Assembly: GCA_026770705.1 (NCBI GenBank) | Contig: JANJGN010000028.1 | Span: 15,996,001 to 16,060,000 of the forward strand | DNA length: 64,000 nt | DNA from: Isurus oxyrinchus | Taxonomy: Eukaryota | Direction of reading: 5' to 3' | Shown here: in pieces, positions 62,470 through 64,000 of the stretch | Layout of the letters: each line of letters opens with the position of its first letter | Numbering within the stretch: position 1 is the stretch's first letter | Position numbers and translations under genes: made by a program | The notes under the pieces: generated by a model | Told to the model about the DNA's origin: nothing | What the model saw: the letters and a program-made list of their open reading frames with translations, nothing else | Databases searched by the model: none

Positions 62470-62870
62470 GTTTAGCTTCTCATCCTTGTTTTCAAATCTC
62501 TCAAGGGCTTTGCCCCCACCTCTCTATCTCTGTAATCCCCTCCTGCAAACTTATGCTACCCTACAACCTCCAATATCTGCACTATCCAATTTGGGCTTCC
62601 TGCTGATTTTTTATCACTCCAACATCGATGTCCATGCCATCCGCTGCCTGGGCTGTAAGCTCTGGAATCCCCTCACTGTATCTCCCCCTCCTTTCTACCC
62701 ATCTCCTTTAAGACGCACGCCTTAAAACCTACCTATCTGGCCAAGCCTTTGGTCACGTGACCTAATATCTCTTTGTTTGGATCCGTGCCAAATTTTGTTT
62801 GCTAACAACTCCTGTGAAGCATCTTTGGGTCATTTTAGGATGTTAAAGGCACTATATAAATGTAGGTCGA
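62470..62870 (+). repeat. L2-type 3' tail; other copies at ~7600-7860, 25270-25510, 32720-33080, 59840-60060 (+) and 15500-15720, 46470-46860 (-)
   Basis: cttaaaacctacct.t..g.ccaagc.tttggtcac.tg.cctaatatctc...ctcctgtgaagc...ttggg...gttaaaggcactatataaatg. Confidence 0.78.
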
Positions 62871-63129
62871 TCTTATCATTATAAATTGGATTTCTAGCAT
62901 GCTTTCAGTGCATTTACTGTGGTAGAGTAATAAGGCTGAGGGAATTCAGGGCTGTTGTCCAATTCTTACTCCCAATGCTTGCTGGTTTTTAAATAATATT
63001 TCCTTTGTCTAGACACACAGCCAATATTCTGTAAATGATTAGAAGTTGCTCATTACTTAGATTATCTCCCTATGTTTAATTTTTAACGTAAATGTCCAAG
63101 TAGCTGCCTTCAGAACCTCAACAATTCCA

Positions 63130-64000
63130 ACGTTCCTGTGTTGAGGTGTTGGTTTTAATTTTCCAAAAATTCACTAGATTCGGGGAAGGTTCCATTCAAT
63201 TGGAAAATAGCTGATGTAATTCCCTTATTCAAAAAGGGAGGGAGACAGGAAGCAGGGAACTACAGGCCAGCTAGCTTAACATCTGTCATAGGGAAAATGT
63301 TAGAAACTATTGTTTCAAAATGTTAAGGCAGGACAGTTAGAAAAATGCAAGGTGACCAGGCAGATTCAACTTTGTTTTGTGAGAGGGGAATCATGTTTAA
63401 CCATTTCATTGGAGTTCTTTGAAGAAGTAACATGCTGTGGGTAAAGGGGAACCAGTGGATGTGCTGTACTTTGATTTTCAGAAGTCATTTGATAAGATGC
63501 CACATCAAAGGTTGTTGCAGAAAATAAAAGCTCATGGTGTAGGGGTAAGATATTGACATGGATAGAAAATTGGTTAGCTAACAGGAACCGAGAGTAGGCA
63601 TAAATGGGTCATTTTCTGGTTGGCAGGATGTGATGAGTGGTGTGTCACAGGGATCAATGCTGGAGCCTCAACTCTTTATAATTTATATGAATGATTTGGA
63701 TGAAGGGACTGATGGTATGGTTGCTATCTTTGCTGATGACACAAAGGTAGGCAGGAAAGTTATGAAGAGGACATAAGGAGGCTACAATAGCATATAGATA
63801 GGTTAGATGAGTGGGCAAAAATCTGACAAATGAAGTTTAATGTAGGAAAATGTGAGGTTGCGCATTTTGGCAGGATGAATAAAAAAGAGGCATATTATCT
63901 AAATGATGAGAGATTGCAGAGTTCTGAGGTGCAGAGGGATCTGGGTGTCCTGGTGTATGAATTGCAAAAGGTTAGTATGCAGGTGCAACAAGTAATTAGC
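63130..64000 (+). mobile_element. CR1 LINE ORF2 RT fragment, frameshifted, runs off window
   Basis: SLDSGKVP.NWKIADVIPLFKKGGRQEAGNYRPASLTSVIGKMLE ... LEFFEEVT ... VDVLYFDFQKSFDK.PHQRLL.KIKAHG ... SGVSQGS.LEPQLF..YMNDLDEG ... FADDTKVG. Confidence 0.92.

Overview
Eukaryotic, repeat-dense genomic DNA from a vertebrate, most likely a cartilaginous fish (shark). That call is inferred from DeuSINE/SacSINE1-like SINEs and HER1/CR1-like LINE tails. The only host coding sequence I can support is two phase-1 exons of CD276 (B7-H3) on the + strand: IgV 7205-7546 and IgC 8948-9244. I could not identify a signal-peptide, transmembrane or cytoplasmic exon, so the ~55 kb after the IgC exon is probably intron. 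The rest is mostly layered transposon debris: CR1, L2, RTE and L1/Tx1-like LINE fragments, several SINE families, solo LTRs and TIR-bounded MITE-like elements. The most striking content is a set of Penelope-like elements (PLEs) from two clades. One is a young Neptune-type RT + GIY-YIG element (21763-25210) with a ~1.3-kb inverted copy of its own 3' half and a 12-bp target-site duplication (TSD). Another is an older Poseidon-type element that is also inverted. Six tiny derivatives are reduced to the terminal hammerhead-ribozyme-like module, each bracketed by an 11-16-bp TSD; five are fold-backs, including a perfect 89-bp palindrome. Also present are a perfect 230-bp inverted duplication inside a solo LTR, multi-level nested insertions and several local duplications. 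All coordinates were read by eye and no database searches were run.
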